Source: Deltaproteobacteria bacterium
Lineage (GTDB): Bacteria > Myxococcota_A > Polyangia > Polyangiales > Houyiibacteriaceae
DNA: 64,000 nt
Reading direction: 5' to 3'
Assembly: GCA_034670305.1 (NCBI GenBank)
Contig: JAXMNT010000021.1
Span: 57,762 to 121,761 of the forward strand
Shown: positions 8,117 to 17,829 of the stretch, piece after piece
How the letters are laid out: the number at the start of each line of letters is the position of its first letter
Numbering within the stretch: position 1 is the stretch's first letter
The notes under the pieces: model-generated
The model's database searches: none
Seen by the model: only the letters and a program-made list of their open reading frames with translations
Told to the model about the DNA's origin: nothing
Translations under genes and position numbers: made by a program

Positions 8117-10288
8117 TCACGGGGTCTGGGTGAGTTGGTCGATCACGTCGCGTTGGGAGCGGATGAGGGTGTGGAGCAGGGCTTCGCTGTGTTGCAGCGC
8201 GTCGCGGTACTGGGTGTACTTGGTGTCGATTTGGCTGAACTGCAGGCCGTTGCAGATGTGGTCGATGGTGCGGGCGGCTTGCAGCGCGGGCTGGGCGCCG
8301 CGGGGGCCGATGTTGCGCGCGGTGCGTTCGAGGCGGGCGTGTTCGGCGCTGTCGCACGGGAAGAGGCCGGGGGCGGTGACGCGCTGTTCGAGCGCATTGA
8401 TCTGTTCGATCAGGGTGCGCCGGTCCGCGACGGAAAGAACTTCGGTCGAGCGGGCTTCGAGGTCTTCGCGGGCGCGCCGGAAGCGCGCCGGGATGCCCGC
8501 GATGTCTGCGCTGGTTCGAGCGTTCGGGGAACGGTAGAAGCGCAGCGCGTCACAGAGGCTCGAGTGGGCGCGCTCGATGCGGGGTGCGATCGACCGGGTG
8601 CTGGCCTCGCCTTGGATCAGGGGCATGCCCGGCGGTCGGGCGCAGGTGCGCGGGACCGAGGGCGGTTGCACGAGCCCGTTTCGGTACGCGGTGATCTCGG
8701 GGATGGAGCGCTGGTACCGCGCGATGAGGGTGCGGGCGCGTTCGATGACCGGCCGGATCTCCGACGCCCGTTCACGCGACGCCCGCGCGAGGAGCTCGGT
8801 GGTGCTCGGAATCGGGCTCAGGGCTTCGCGGGTCTCGGCGGGCGCGATCTCGGACCGCTGCACCACGTCGGAAGGCGCTTCGCGCATGGTCGATGGGCGA
8901 CGCTTCGTCGGGCGCATGGTCGACTCCGTCTCTCGGTCCGACTCGTCCACCGGGTCCGAGTCCGAGTCCGAGTCCGAGTCCGAGTCCGTTTCCGAGGGCG
9001 GAACTTCGGACGGCGCCAACTCGGTGTCCGACTCCGCGACTTCGGTCGGCGGCTCGTGGGTCGGCGGCTGCGCCACCACGACCGGCGCGATGGGCTCTGG
9101 ATCCGTGGAGCCCGCCGGCCGCGTCACGTAGATCCCCACCGCCGCCGCACTCACGAGCACGACACCGAGCACGATCGTCAGGACCATCCACGGCCATTTC
9201 GCCGACTCCCCGGTGCGGGCACCGATCGGCGTCTGCGCACCGACGGGCGCCTCCACCCCGAGCGGTGTGTCACCGAGCTGCCCGCGCGGAACCGCCGCCA
9301 CGATGGGGGTCACCGCCGTGCCGGGCACGCCCGAAGCGGCGGCACGCGCCACCGCCACCGGGGTGACCTGGGTCGGCGGCACGGCTCCGCGCATCGGGGC
9401 CGCCTCCGTCATCGGCACGCCGCGGGTCGCGGACTCCACTTCCATGCGCAGCATCGCGACGCTCGACTGCCGGTCGAGCGTCACCTTGGCGAGCGCACGT
9501 CGCAAGACGTCGTCGAGCGCCTGAGGCACGTGCGGCTGAAGATGCCGGACCGAAGGCGGCGGGTGGGTCAGCACCTTGGAGAGGATCGCGGTGAGCGTCG
9601 GGCCCTCGAAGGGCGGACGCGCGGTGAGGCACTCGAACAGGATGGCGCCGAGCGAATACACGTCGGTGCGCACGTCGACGTCGTAGCCCTGGGCTTGCTC
9701 GGGCGACATGTACATCGGCGTGCCCATGGTCGCGCCGCTCGCGGTGAGGCGCGACACCTCGGTGCTCTCCTTGAGGAACTTCGCGAGCCCGAAGTCGAGC
9801 AACACCGCGCGGTCGGGCGCGCCCGGTCGCTCCGCGAGGAACACGTTGGACGGTTTGAGGTCGCGGTGGAGGATGCCGCTCTCGTGCGCGCCGGTGAGCG
9901 CGTCGGCGATCTGATCGAAGAGGTGGAGCGCTTCGGCGAGCCCGAGCGGTCCGCGGCTGAGCCGCGTCGAGAGGTCCTCTCCCTGCAACCGGTCCATCAC
10001 CAGGTACGCGATGCCGTCTTCGGTCACGTCGAAGTCGTGCACCGCGACGATGCTCGCGTGGCCGAGGCTCGCGAGCGCTTCGGCTTCACGCCGGAACCGT
10101 TTCAGCGCGGTCGGCTCGAGTGCTGCGTCCGGGAGGAGCACTTTGACCGCGTAGAGCCGACCGGTGCGCACGTGCTCGCCTTCGTACACCGCACCGATGC
10201 CGCCCGCGCCCACGCGCTTGCCGATCCGGTAGCTCCCGAGCAGGCGGCCGACGATCGACCCGTCCTGGCTGTCTCGTTGGGCATCCAA
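8117..10288 (-). CDS. Membrane Ser/Thr protein kinase with helical Cys-containing extracytoplasmic domain
   Basis: GAGGIG, YAVK, HRDLKPSN, DFG and GTPMYMSPE motifs; TM segment WPWMVLTIVLGVVLVSAAAVGIYV; DSDSDS linker. Confidence 0.9.
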   Translation of the reverse strand: MDAQRDSQDGSIVGRLLGSYRIGKRVGAGGIGAVYEGEHVRTGRLYAVKVLLPDAALEPTALKRFRREAEALASLGHASIVAVHDFDVTEDGIAYLVMDRLQGEDLSTRLSRGPLGLAEALHLFDQIADALTGAHESGILHRDLKPSNVFLAERPGAPDRAVLLDFGLAKFLKESTEVSRLTASGATMGTPMYMSPEQAQGYDVDVRTDVYSLGAILFECLTARPPFEGPTLTAILSKVLTHPPPSVRHLQPHVPQALDDVLRRALAKVTLDRQSSVAMLRMEVESATRGVPMTEAAPMRGAVPPTQVTPVAVARAAASGVPGTAVTPIVAAVPRGQLGDTPLGVEAPVGAQTPIGARTGESAKWPWMVLTIVLGVVLVSAAAVGIYVTRPAGSTDPEPIAPVVVAQPPTHEPPTEVAESDTELAPSEVPPSETDSDSDSDSDSDPVDESDRETESTMRPTKRRPSTMREAPSDVVQRSEIAPAETREALSPIPSTTELLARASRERASEIRPVIERARTLIARYQRSIPEITAYRNGLVQPPSVPRTCARPPGMPLIQGEASTRSIAPRIERAHSSLCDALRFYRSPNARTSADIAGIPARFRRAREDLEARSTEVLSVADRRTLIEQINALEQRVTAPGLFPCDSAEHARLERTARNIGPRGAQPALQAARTIDHICNGLQFSQIDTKYTQYRDALQHSEALLHTLIRSQRDVIDQLTQTP

Positions 10289-10436
10289 GAGACGGAGAGT
10301 CTACCGCGTTCTGCGACGCGTGCCCGCACACCGCCCAGCTGGGTGAAACCTGTCGCTGTCTTCGGTTCCGGCGGGCACGACTCGCAGGCGAGACCAAGCG
10401 CAGGACTCGCAAACCCTGCCGCTCGCCTCGCAGAAC

Positions 10437-11414
10437 ATGCACCATCGGGCGATGGGCCGGAGGTATGTCTCGATCGTCACCGCACCCACCCACGCGAGGC
10501 TGTGGCCGTGGGTGGGGTGGACCCTTGTCGTCTGGACCCTGAGCACGCTCTTCGTGCTCTTCTTCATGCCCGGATTCGGCGGCAGCGGTGGGCCGTGGGT
10601 GCGCCTCCCGATCGCGGTGATGGCGGGCGCGTTCGCCACGTTCTGGATCGTCGGCGTCTTCGGCACGATCATCGCGAACCTTCGAAGCGCCGGTCGCAAG
10701 AAGGCGCTCCAAGACGTGGTCTTGAAAGACGCGACCCTCACCCTGACCGACCCGGTCGAGTGGAAGATTCGACTCCGCGAGCCGCACGACGCGGTGGTGG
10801 AGCTCTCCGGCACCCGAGCCGCGGTGTGTTTCCTTCGACCGGACGAGGACGTGTGGATCCACTGCGACGTCTCGTCGGGCGCGTCCTTTCGCGGTGCGGG
10901 CGACCGGGTGCCGCTCCGCCGCGGCAGCGTGATGGGGTCGGCCGCGCGCAGCGTGGCGTTCGGGGAAGCGCTGCTGAAGTCGCTCGACGAACACCGCGAC
11001 CGGAACAGCTTCCTCGTCTGCCAGGACAAGCTCCGCGGGTTCGGCGCGCGGCCCGCCGCCGTGCCCGACATCGTCCCGATCGATTCGGACGAGGAACGCG
11101 CCGGCACCCCTTACCGAGAGAGCGGCCGACCGGTCCCCGGCGACCCCGAGTTCGAGGCGTGGCTCGAGCGCGAGGGGCTCCGGCTGAGCTCGGCGATCGT
11201 GCTCTCGACCGAGCACCTGGTGGCGCGCTGCAACGACGGAGTGCGGCGGGCGTTTCCGTTGGGTCTGGTCGGGGTGGAGCGCCACCCGGATCGGCTGACG
11301 CTGCGCGTGACGCTGCCCGATGGGAGGCCGGTGGTGCAGTCGGTCACCGAACTCGACTGCGGCGTCCAGGAGGCGCTGGTGCGCTGGACCAAGGCGCTCG
11401 CCGCCGCTCGCTGA
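10437..11414 (+). CDS. Hypothetical membrane protein (two N-terminal TM helices)
   Basis: Two hydrophobic segments and coding-like codons; start could be 10452. Confidence 0.7.
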   Translation: MHHRAMGRRYVSIVTAPTHARLWPWVGWTLVVWTLSTLFVLFFMPGFGGSGGPWVRLPIAVMAGAFATFWIVGVFGTIIANLRSAGRKKALQDVVLKDATLTLTDPVEWKIRLREPHDAVVELSGTRAAVCFLRPDEDVWIHCDVSSGASFRGAGDRVPLRRGSVMGSAARSVAFGEALLKSLDEHRDRNSFLVCQDKLRGFGARPAAVPDIVPIDSDEERAGTPYRESGRPVPGDPEFEAWLEREGLRLSSAIVLSTEHLVARCNDGVRRAFPLGLVGVERHPDRLTLRVTLPDGRPVVQSVTELDCGVQEALVRWTKALAAAR

Positions 11415-11452
11415 GGTTGTGGAGAACGGCGGTTTCGCGTTAGGTCTGCGCC

Positions 11453-12310
11453 ATGCAACAACCTCCGCCGGGACCGCCCGGTTCGCCGGGCATGCAGCCG
11501 GGGTACGGACAACCTCAAGGCCAGGCTCAGGGCCAAGCTCAGGGCCAGGCGCCCGGCGCGATGCAAGGCGCGCCGCCGCCCGCCGCCGCACCTCAGGCGC
11601 CCGCGATGCAGCCCGTCCGCCACGAGATCACGCACGGACCGTCGTTCGCGATGTTGCGGGTGGACCTGCAGCCAGGTCAGACCGTCGTGGCCGAAGCGGG
11701 TTCGATGGTCGCGCGCAACCAGCACGTCCAGATGGACGTGAAGATGAACGCGTCTCCGTCCGCCGGCTTCTTCGCGAAGGTCAAAGCGTTCTTCATCGCG
11801 GTGATCCGGAAGATCGTCGGCGGCGAGACCTTCTTCGTGAACCACTTCACCGCGCCGCAACCCGGCAGCGTGTGGATCGCCCCGACGCTCTCGGGCCAGC
11901 TCACCCACCGGGTGATGAACGGCGAGACGTTGACGCTCAGCACCGGCGCGTTCGTCGCGATGAACGGGCCGCTCGACATGAAGTTGAAGTTCGGCGGCTT
12001 CAAGAGTCTGCTCGCCAAAGAAGGCGCGTTCTTCTTACAGATCAGCGGGCACGGAGAACTCTGGTTCACGAGCTACGGCGGCATCCACGCCATCGACATC
12101 AACGGACCGTTCATGGTCGACAACGGCCACCTGGTCGGCTTCGAGGGCAACCTCGAGTTCAAGATCCGAAGCGCCGGCGGCGGCGTCATGGGGTTCGTCG
12201 CGTCCGGTGAAGGGCTCGTGTGCGAGTTCAACGGCCAGGGCCGGATCTACATCCAATCACGCAACGTCAGTTCGCTCGTCGGCTGGCTCACCCCCCTCTT
12301 GCCGGGCTGA
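11453..12310 (+). CDS. TIGR00266/AIM24 family protein with Pro/Gln-rich N-terminus
   Basis: AEAGSMV, GGETFFVNHF, VDNGHLVGF and SGEGLVCEFNGQGRIYIQSRN motifs. Confidence 0.9.
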   Translation: MQQPPPGPPGSPGMQPGYGQPQGQAQGQAQGQAPGAMQGAPPPAAAPQAPAMQPVRHEITHGPSFAMLRVDLQPGQTVVAEAGSMVARNQHVQMDVKMNASPSAGFFAKVKAFFIAVIRKIVGGETFFVNHFTAPQPGSVWIAPTLSGQLTHRVMNGETLTLSTGAFVAMNGPLDMKLKFGGFKSLLAKEGAFFLQISGHGELWFTSYGGIHAIDINGPFMVDNGHLVGFEGNLEFKIRSAGGGVMGFVASGEGLVCEFNGQGRIYIQSRNVSSLVGWLTPLLPG

Positions 12311-12320
12311 CGAGGACACG

Positions 12321-12998
12321 ATGCAGATCGAAGTTGGATACCGACCGGCCCAAGCCATGGCGCGCGTCGTCTTGGCCGCGGGCGAACAGATCAAAGCCGA
12401 GAGCGGCGCGATGGTGGGCATGAGCACCAACGTGCACATGCAGACCGGCACCCAGGGCGGCGTGATGAGCGGCCTCAAACGTATGTTCGGCGGCGAGTCG
12501 TTCTTTCAGAACGTCTTCACTGCGCAGAACGGTCCCGGAGAGGTCTTGCTCGCGCACTCGCTTTGCGGCGACATCGTGCCGCTCGAGATGACGCAGGCGG
12601 GCTACTTCATTCAGTCGTCGAGCTACATCGCGAGCAACCCTTGGGTGACCTGCGAGACCAAACTCGGCGGCTTCAAGAGCTTCTTCGCGGGCGAAGGTGT
12701 GTTCGTCTTGAAGGCGACCTCGCAGCAGCCGGCGCAAGTGCTGGTCGGCGCGTTCGGCGGCATCCAGGAGCTGCACTGCGATGGGAACCTCGTCATCGAC
12801 ACCGGCCATCTCGTCGCGTGGGACGCGACGCTCGAATACAAGGTCGGCAAGAGCGCGGACGGTTGGATCTCGTCGTTCTTCAGCGGCGAAGGACTCGTCT
12901 GCCACTTCACCGGCCAAGGCCGGATCTGGATCCAGACCCGCAACCCGCAAGAGTACGGCGGCATGATCGGCCGCATGCTCCCGCCGAGGCAGCAGTAG
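12321..12998 (+). CDS. TIGR00266/AIM24 family protein
   Basis: ATG 12321 after GAGGA; AESGAMV, GGESFFQN, IDTGHLVAW and GEGLVCHFTGQG motifs. Confidence 0.9.
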   Translation: MQIEVGYRPAQAMARVVLAAGEQIKAESGAMVGMSTNVHMQTGTQGGVMSGLKRMFGGESFFQNVFTAQNGPGEVLLAHSLCGDIVPLEMTQAGYFIQSSSYIASNPWVTCETKLGGFKSFFAGEGVFVLKATSQQPAQVLVGAFGGIQELHCDGNLVIDTGHLVAWDATLEYKVGKSADGWISSFFSGEGLVCHFTGQGRIWIQTRNPQEYGGMIGRMLPPRQQ

Positions 12999-13000
12999 TC

Positions 13001-13687
13001 ATGAGATACGAACTCCTCGACAAACCCGACTTCGGCATGGTCCGGGCGTACTTCGATCAGCCCGGCGAACAGATGATCGTCGAGTCCAGCGCCATGGTCG
13101 CGCGCGACACCGCGATCGAGATGAAGACCAGCATGCAGGGCGGGCTTCTCAGCGCTGCCAAACGCAAGCTGCTCGGCGGCGAGAGCCTCTTCCAGAACAC
13201 CTTCACGTGCACCCAGCCGGGGCAGCAGCTCTGGCTCGCACCGAACTCCGAGGGCGATCTCATCAACCTCGAGATGGACGGCTCGTACGAGGTGATGCTC
13301 AACAGCGGCGCGTACCTCGCGTCCGTGCCGACGGTCACGCTCGACACCAAGTGGGGCGGCGCGAAGGGCTTCTTCAGCGGCACCGGCTTCTTCTTGCTCA
13401 AGTGCCACGGACAAGGCCCGCTCTTCTTCTCCGCGTACGGCGGCATCCACGCGGTGGACGTCGGTCCCGCCGGCTACATCTGCGACACCTCGCACGTGGT
13501 GGGTTTCACGAGCGGACTGAACTACTCGGTGCAGAAGGTGGGCGGACTCAAGTCGCTCTTCTTCTCGGGCGAAGGCTTGGTCTGCAACTTCCAAGGCCAA
13601 GGCCGGCTCTGGATGAGCACCCGCAACGCGGGCGTGCTCGCGTCGTTCCTGCACCCCTACCGCCGAGTCCAACGCTCCCGAAGCTGA
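13001..13687 (+). CDS. TIGR00266/AIM24 family protein
   Basis: ATG 13001, 2 nt after the previous stop; ESSAMV, GGESLFQNTF and GEGLVCNFQGQG motifs. Confidence 0.9.
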   Translation: MRYELLDKPDFGMVRAYFDQPGEQMIVESSAMVARDTAIEMKTSMQGGLLSAAKRKLLGGESLFQNTFTCTQPGQQLWLAPNSEGDLINLEMDGSYEVMLNSGAYLASVPTVTLDTKWGGAKGFFSGTGFFLLKCHGQGPLFFSAYGGIHAVDVGPAGYICDTSHVVGFTSGLNYSVQKVGGLKSLFFSGEGLVCNFQGQGRLWMSTRNAGVLASFLHPYRRVQRSRS

Positions 13688-13718
13688 GGGGGATTCTCGG
13701 ATGTGCTAGGGCAGCGCC

Positions 13719-16079
13719 ATGCATGTCCGTCCTACCGTGTCCGTTCGCGCCGCAGCCTGCTTGGGCTGCGCGCTCTTGCTCTGGGCAGCGGTGCCAGAAC
13801 CCTCGCACGCCCAGGCGCCTGTCGCGGCGTCGGAGGACGCGGAGGGCGAGGTGGGACGCACCGGTGGGCTGACGCCACTCGCCCGCATTCTCGCAACCGG
13901 TGGGGTGGGCGGCGAGCTCGCGAACCCGATGTGTCGCGACGGGCACACGCTCGACCCGGCCGAGATCGCGCACAACGATGTCTGGCGCCGGCATGCGGAC
14001 CGAAGCGAGACGCTGCTGCTCGACACCGGCGGTCTGCTCGCCCGACACGGGGTCGCCCGGTTCGCCTCGCGCCGGGATCCCGAGGCGCTCGCGGATCTGG
14101 TGCGCGACCTCGGCTACGCGGCGCTCGGGTTCAGCGAGTCGGACCTCGGCGACCCGCGCGAACAGGTGCTGGCGCGGGTCCGTGCGCTTCGGGCGCGCGG
14201 GGTGCGTACCTTCGCGACCAACCTGCGGTGTGAGCCGAGCGCGCAGGCGCTGTGCGACGCGCTGGTCACCGGCGCGTCCGGTGTGCCGATGGTGGAACTC
14301 AGCGGGCAACGCATCGCGCTGCTCTCCTACATCGATCCGGCCGCGTCGGCGCGCGTCGGGCCCGACCGGATGCAGGGACTCCGGCTCGAACCGCTGGTCG
14401 GTTCCATGCGGGCCGGCGTGCGCGCGGCCCGCGCGGCCGGTGCGACGCTGGTGGTCGCGCTCGCCGACACCGGGTACGGGGCGTCGGGGGCGGCGTCCTT
14501 GATCGAAGCAGCCGGTCAACTCGAAGCCGCGGACAAACCGGACGTCGTGTTCGTGTCGGAGGCGGGCTCCGAGATTCTCTTCGCGCGCCCGGTCGGGTTC
14601 CGGCCCGCGATCGTGGCCGCGCCAACGCGCAGCGCGGTCGACGTGCGCATCCGCCGCAACGAAGCGGGCCGCCTCGACATCCTGGCGCAGCCTGCGGAAG
14701 CCGGAGAGCCGCCGCCAGCGTTCGAGCGTTTCGTGCGGCAGGTCGGTGCGGAGTACTGCGGGGAGCTGGGTGCGATCTTGCCGGGCGGGCACATCGACGC
14801 GGCCGAGCCCATGGACGCGGCGGGCATGGTGGCGCTGACGGCCGGGGTCATGCGCGAGGTGACGGACGCCGATGTGGCGCTGCTCAACGTGCACGCCATC
14901 GACGCGCGCTGGCAGATGATCGGAGCCGACCTGACCGCGAGCGACGTGAACATCGCGGTGCAGTACGACGAGCCCTTGATGACAGTCGACGTGCCGGGCA
15001 CGTGGCTGCGCAACCTCGCCCGCACCTCCCCGGAGAACCGGGGCCTGCAGAGCCTGGGTCTGGTGATCACCGGCGCGCTCACGAGCCTCGAGAAGATCAA
15101 GGTCAACGGGCGGGTGCTCGACGTCGACGCGACCTACCGAGTCGTGACGATCCGGTTCTTGGCGGAAGGCGGCGACGGGGGACTCGTTGGACAGGCGGCG
15201 GAGTGGGAGACCACCGAACACACCGTCCGGCAGGCGGTCCTCGATCACCTGGAGATCGAGCGCACCGAAGACCCGCGAGCGGCGCTGACCGACCTGGCCG
15301 AGCAACTCGAATGGACCTTCCGCGTGGGCACCGATCTCACCTTCGCGGGCTCCGCGGTCCAGGATCCGGGCATGTACGCGGAGGGGCCGCTCCAGAACGC
15401 CAACCAGACCCAGTTCGGCCTCAACATCAACTTGGGGCTCAACGCGCTCTCCCGACAAGCGGCGTGGGAGAACACCGTGACCGCGACCTACACGCTCGCC
15501 GCGACCAGCGAGACCGAGGGCTTCGACGAAGGCGCGGACACCATCCTCTACCGAACCAACGCGCAATACCGAGGTCTGCGTGCGCGCCGAGACGAGCTCT
15601 ACGTCCCGGACCTCATCGTCGAAGGGTTGCTGCGCACCGAGTTCACCCGGCAAGACGAACGCGAGACCCACTTCTTGAACCTTCGTTTCACCGCCGGGTT
15701 TCAGTGGCGACTTCACCTCAAGGTGAAGACGAAGCTCCTCGCCGGTTTCGAGATCCTCGACGCCATCGGCAACGACCGCTCGCTCGAGCCGGGCTTCGGC
15801 GCGCAGGTGAACATCGACCCGTGGCTTCTGCTGCGCGAGGGCCTTCGGAAGCTGACGCTCGGTCTGACACTCGACTACTTCGCGTCGGCCCCGCGCGGCC
15901 GCAACCGACACGTGCTGCAGGGGACCTTCGACCTCGATTTGAACCTCAACCGGTTCATCGGACTCGTCGCCAACGTCACCCTCTACGGGCTCCGCGAACG
16001 CGAGATGCCGTTCTCGTTCGCGCTGCAAACGACGATGGGCCTGCGCGTCTCCTTCGTCGGCCGACACGTCACGCGCTGA
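13719..16079 (+). CDS. Secreted degenerate 5'-nucleotidase-like protein fused to a predicted outer-membrane beta-barrel
   Basis: Signal peptide; LLLDTGG, LGYAALG and ATNL; 5'-nucleotidase C-domain DADVALLN...TYRVVTIRFLAEGGDG; about 260 C-terminal aa of alternating amphipathic strands. Confidence 0.75.
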   Translation: MHVRPTVSVRAAACLGCALLLWAAVPEPSHAQAPVAASEDAEGEVGRTGGLTPLARILATGGVGGELANPMCRDGHTLDPAEIAHNDVWRRHADRSETLLLDTGGLLARHGVARFASRRDPEALADLVRDLGYAALGFSESDLGDPREQVLARVRALRARGVRTFATNLRCEPSAQALCDALVTGASGVPMVELSGQRIALLSYIDPAASARVGPDRMQGLRLEPLVGSMRAGVRAARAAGATLVVALADTGYGASGAASLIEAAGQLEAADKPDVVFVSEAGSEILFARPVGFRPAIVAAPTRSAVDVRIRRNEAGRLDILAQPAEAGEPPPAFERFVRQVGAEYCGELGAILPGGHIDAAEPMDAAGMVALTAGVMREVTDADVALLNVHAIDARWQMIGADLTASDVNIAVQYDEPLMTVDVPGTWLRNLARTSPENRGLQSLGLVITGALTSLEKIKVNGRVLDVDATYRVVTIRFLAEGGDGGLVGQAAEWETTEHTVRQAVLDHLEIERTEDPRAALTDLAEQLEWTFRVGTDLTFAGSAVQDPGMYAEGPLQNANQTQFGLNINLGLNALSRQAAWENTVTATYTLAATSETEGFDEGADTILYRTNAQYRGLRARRDELYVPDLIVEGLLRTEFTRQDERETHFLNLRFTAGFQWRLHLKVKTKLLAGFEILDAIGNDRSLEPGFGAQVNIDPWLLLREGLRKLTLGLTLDYFASAPRGRNRHVLQGTFDLDLNLNRFIGLVANVTLYGLREREMPFSFALQTTMGLRVSFVGRHVTR

Positions 16080-16430
16080 TTTCTTGCCGTCACGGGCCTG
16101 GGCTCGCTTCGCGAGACTGGCGGCCCTAAGTCGCGCCCCGTCGCACCTGCACGTGCTCGCCGCCTCTGCCTTGATGGAATGAAGAATCATCTGGGGTGAT
16201 TGGCGGCTGCGCGGCGTGCAGGCGCTCCTCAAGGGCGCTCAGTGTTCACCTGGGGAGTGCACCAGTTGCTCGCCCTACGGGCTGCGCAGGTGCACGAGCG
16301 GAGAGCTTTCTTCTTTCTTGCCGTCACGGGCCTGGCTCGCTTCGCGAGACCCCGTCCCGGTGACACGGCTTGCTCGCTTCGCTCGGCTTCACCGCGTCGG
16401 TGCACGCGCTGGCGGCCTCCTCGGGTGAAA
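16080..16430. repeat. Structured intergenic element with a 37/38-bp direct repeat (16080-16117, 16314-16350) and multiple hairpins; REP/REPIN-like
   Basis: TTTCTTGCCGTCACGGGCCTG(G)GCTCGCTTCGCGAGAC occurs twice; internal inverted repeats CTGCACG/CGTGCAG, GCCGCC/GGCGGC and TTCACC/GGTGAA. Confidence 0.7.
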
Positions 16431-16453
16431 CGAAACGCGATAGTCTCGCGGCC

Positions 16454-17767
16454 ATGTTCGATGCAGAGAAGTACCGCGCGCGGATCGCCGCCTTGGCAAC
16501 GCTCGATCCAACACACCAGATCTTTGGTGCGATGAATCATCATTGGAGCTTTCAGCCGACGCTCTCCGAGCTGGAGGTGCAGCGGTTCGAAGGACTCATC
16601 GGGGCCGACCTGCCCGCCGACTACCGCGCCTACCTCACCCAGCTCGGCAACGGCGGCGCCGGTCCGTACTACGGCATCGGTCCGCTCGCGGAGTGGGAGG
16701 TCGAGGGGCTTGCGAGTGTCACGGTCACCGCCACGATGACGACCAAGGACGGCGAAACGAAAAGTTTCACGTCCGGCACGGGTGCGCGCCCGCCGCTCTC
16801 TCGAAGTTCGAAGACCTCCGAGAAGTTCGTGCTCACCTCGCCCTGGAAGGTCGGCGACGCGATCCCCGAGGGCGCGAACCCCTTCGATGGCTGTGTGCAC
16901 CTGGCGCAGATCGGGTGCGGCTACGAAGCGTTCCTGGTCGTGAAGGGCGAGGCCGCCGGGACCGTCTGGGAGGATTACACCGCGGGGGATGGCGCCATCG
17001 CCAAGGTGGCGGATTCGTTCGGCGCGTGGCTCACGAAGTTCGCGGACATCGAGCTCGCCAAACTGGTCTTCCAGCGCATGGAGAGCGGTCTGCTCGAGTC
17101 TCCGTTTCAACCCGACCCGGCCCTCGTCGAACACGCGGACGTGTTCGGGGCGCTCTTCGACGAAGCGGATCCCATCTCGCTCCTCGAGCGCGCACTCTGC
17201 GCGGCCTACCTGGGCGAGGAGTCGAAGGCGCTCGAGGCCGCCGACGCGGTGGAGGTCGCGATCGATCTCGCCGCGAAACCATTTGTCGCGACAACCCTCG
17301 GGGCGGTGCACCTGCGGCTCGGCAACGCCGCGAAGGCGCGGGCGCTGACCGAAGCGCGGCTCGCCGCCGAGGGCCTCGCCTTTCAGACCCGCGGTGGGCT
17401 CACGCTCGCGCGTGCCCTCGCGGTGATGGCGATGGGCGAGGACGCCTCGGAGGCGTGGGCGGCGGCGCGCGAGGCCAAACCGTTCGAACTGAGCCTGCGG
17501 GTCTGGCTGGCGTTCTCGCATCTGTCGGCCGACCGCGTCGAAGAGGGCGATCTCATCGCACGCGAAGCGGCCCACGAGGTGCGGCTCTTCGATCGCGGCC
17601 AGACGCTGGAAGGCAACGCGCTCAAACGCGCGGTCTACGAACGGTTGGCCGACCGCTGCGACCCGGCGAAACTCACCGATCACGCGGCGCGCTATCGGAA
17701 GATGGCGGCGGAGTTGCCCACCGGTCCCTCGGGCTGGGGCAACCCGGGCAACACCAAATCTTGGTAG
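16454..17767 (+). CDS. SMI1/KNR4 (SUKH) family protein with Ala-rich helical, TPR-like C-terminus
   Basis: LSELEVQRFEGLIGADLPADYRAYLTQLGNGGAGPYYG and IGCGYEAFLVVKGEAAGTVW; TAGTCT 7 nt before ATG 16454. Confidence 0.85.
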   Translation: MFDAEKYRARIAALATLDPTHQIFGAMNHHWSFQPTLSELEVQRFEGLIGADLPADYRAYLTQLGNGGAGPYYGIGPLAEWEVEGLASVTVTATMTTKDGETKSFTSGTGARPPLSRSSKTSEKFVLTSPWKVGDAIPEGANPFDGCVHLAQIGCGYEAFLVVKGEAAGTVWEDYTAGDGAIAKVADSFGAWLTKFADIELAKLVFQRMESGLLESPFQPDPALVEHADVFGALFDEADPISLLERALCAAYLGEESKALEAADAVEVAIDLAAKPFVATTLGAVHLRLGNAAKARALTEARLAAEGLAFQTRGGLTLARALAVMAMGEDASEAWAAAREAKPFELSLRVWLAFSHLSADRVEEGDLIAREAAHEVRLFDRGQTLEGNALKRAVYERLADRCDPAKLTDHAARYRKMAAELPTGPSGWGNPGNTKSW

Positions 17768-17829
17768 GGGAAAAGGCGCTGGCAAGGACCCACCCGTTCC
17801 ACCGCCGCGGCATGGTGTAGCCTGCCGCG

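Noticed and set aside
8955-8987. (TCCGAG)n as a phase-variation tract
   Set aside because: In-frame hexamers encoding a DS linker; length changes keep the frame.
7682-11443. 1253-aa plus-strand ORF and other long Arg/Ala-rich ORFs (5650-8133, 38133-40979, 58892-61996)
   Set aside because: They overlap well-supported genes in other frames and have low-complexity shadow composition.
16247-16260. CACCTGGGGAGTGC resembling 16S CGCCTGGGGAGTAC
   Set aside because: 12 of 14 in GC-rich sequence is too short to support.
16080-16350. Possible CRISPR array (37-bp palindromic repeats)
   Set aside because: Only two copies, a ~196-bp structured spacer and no cas genes.
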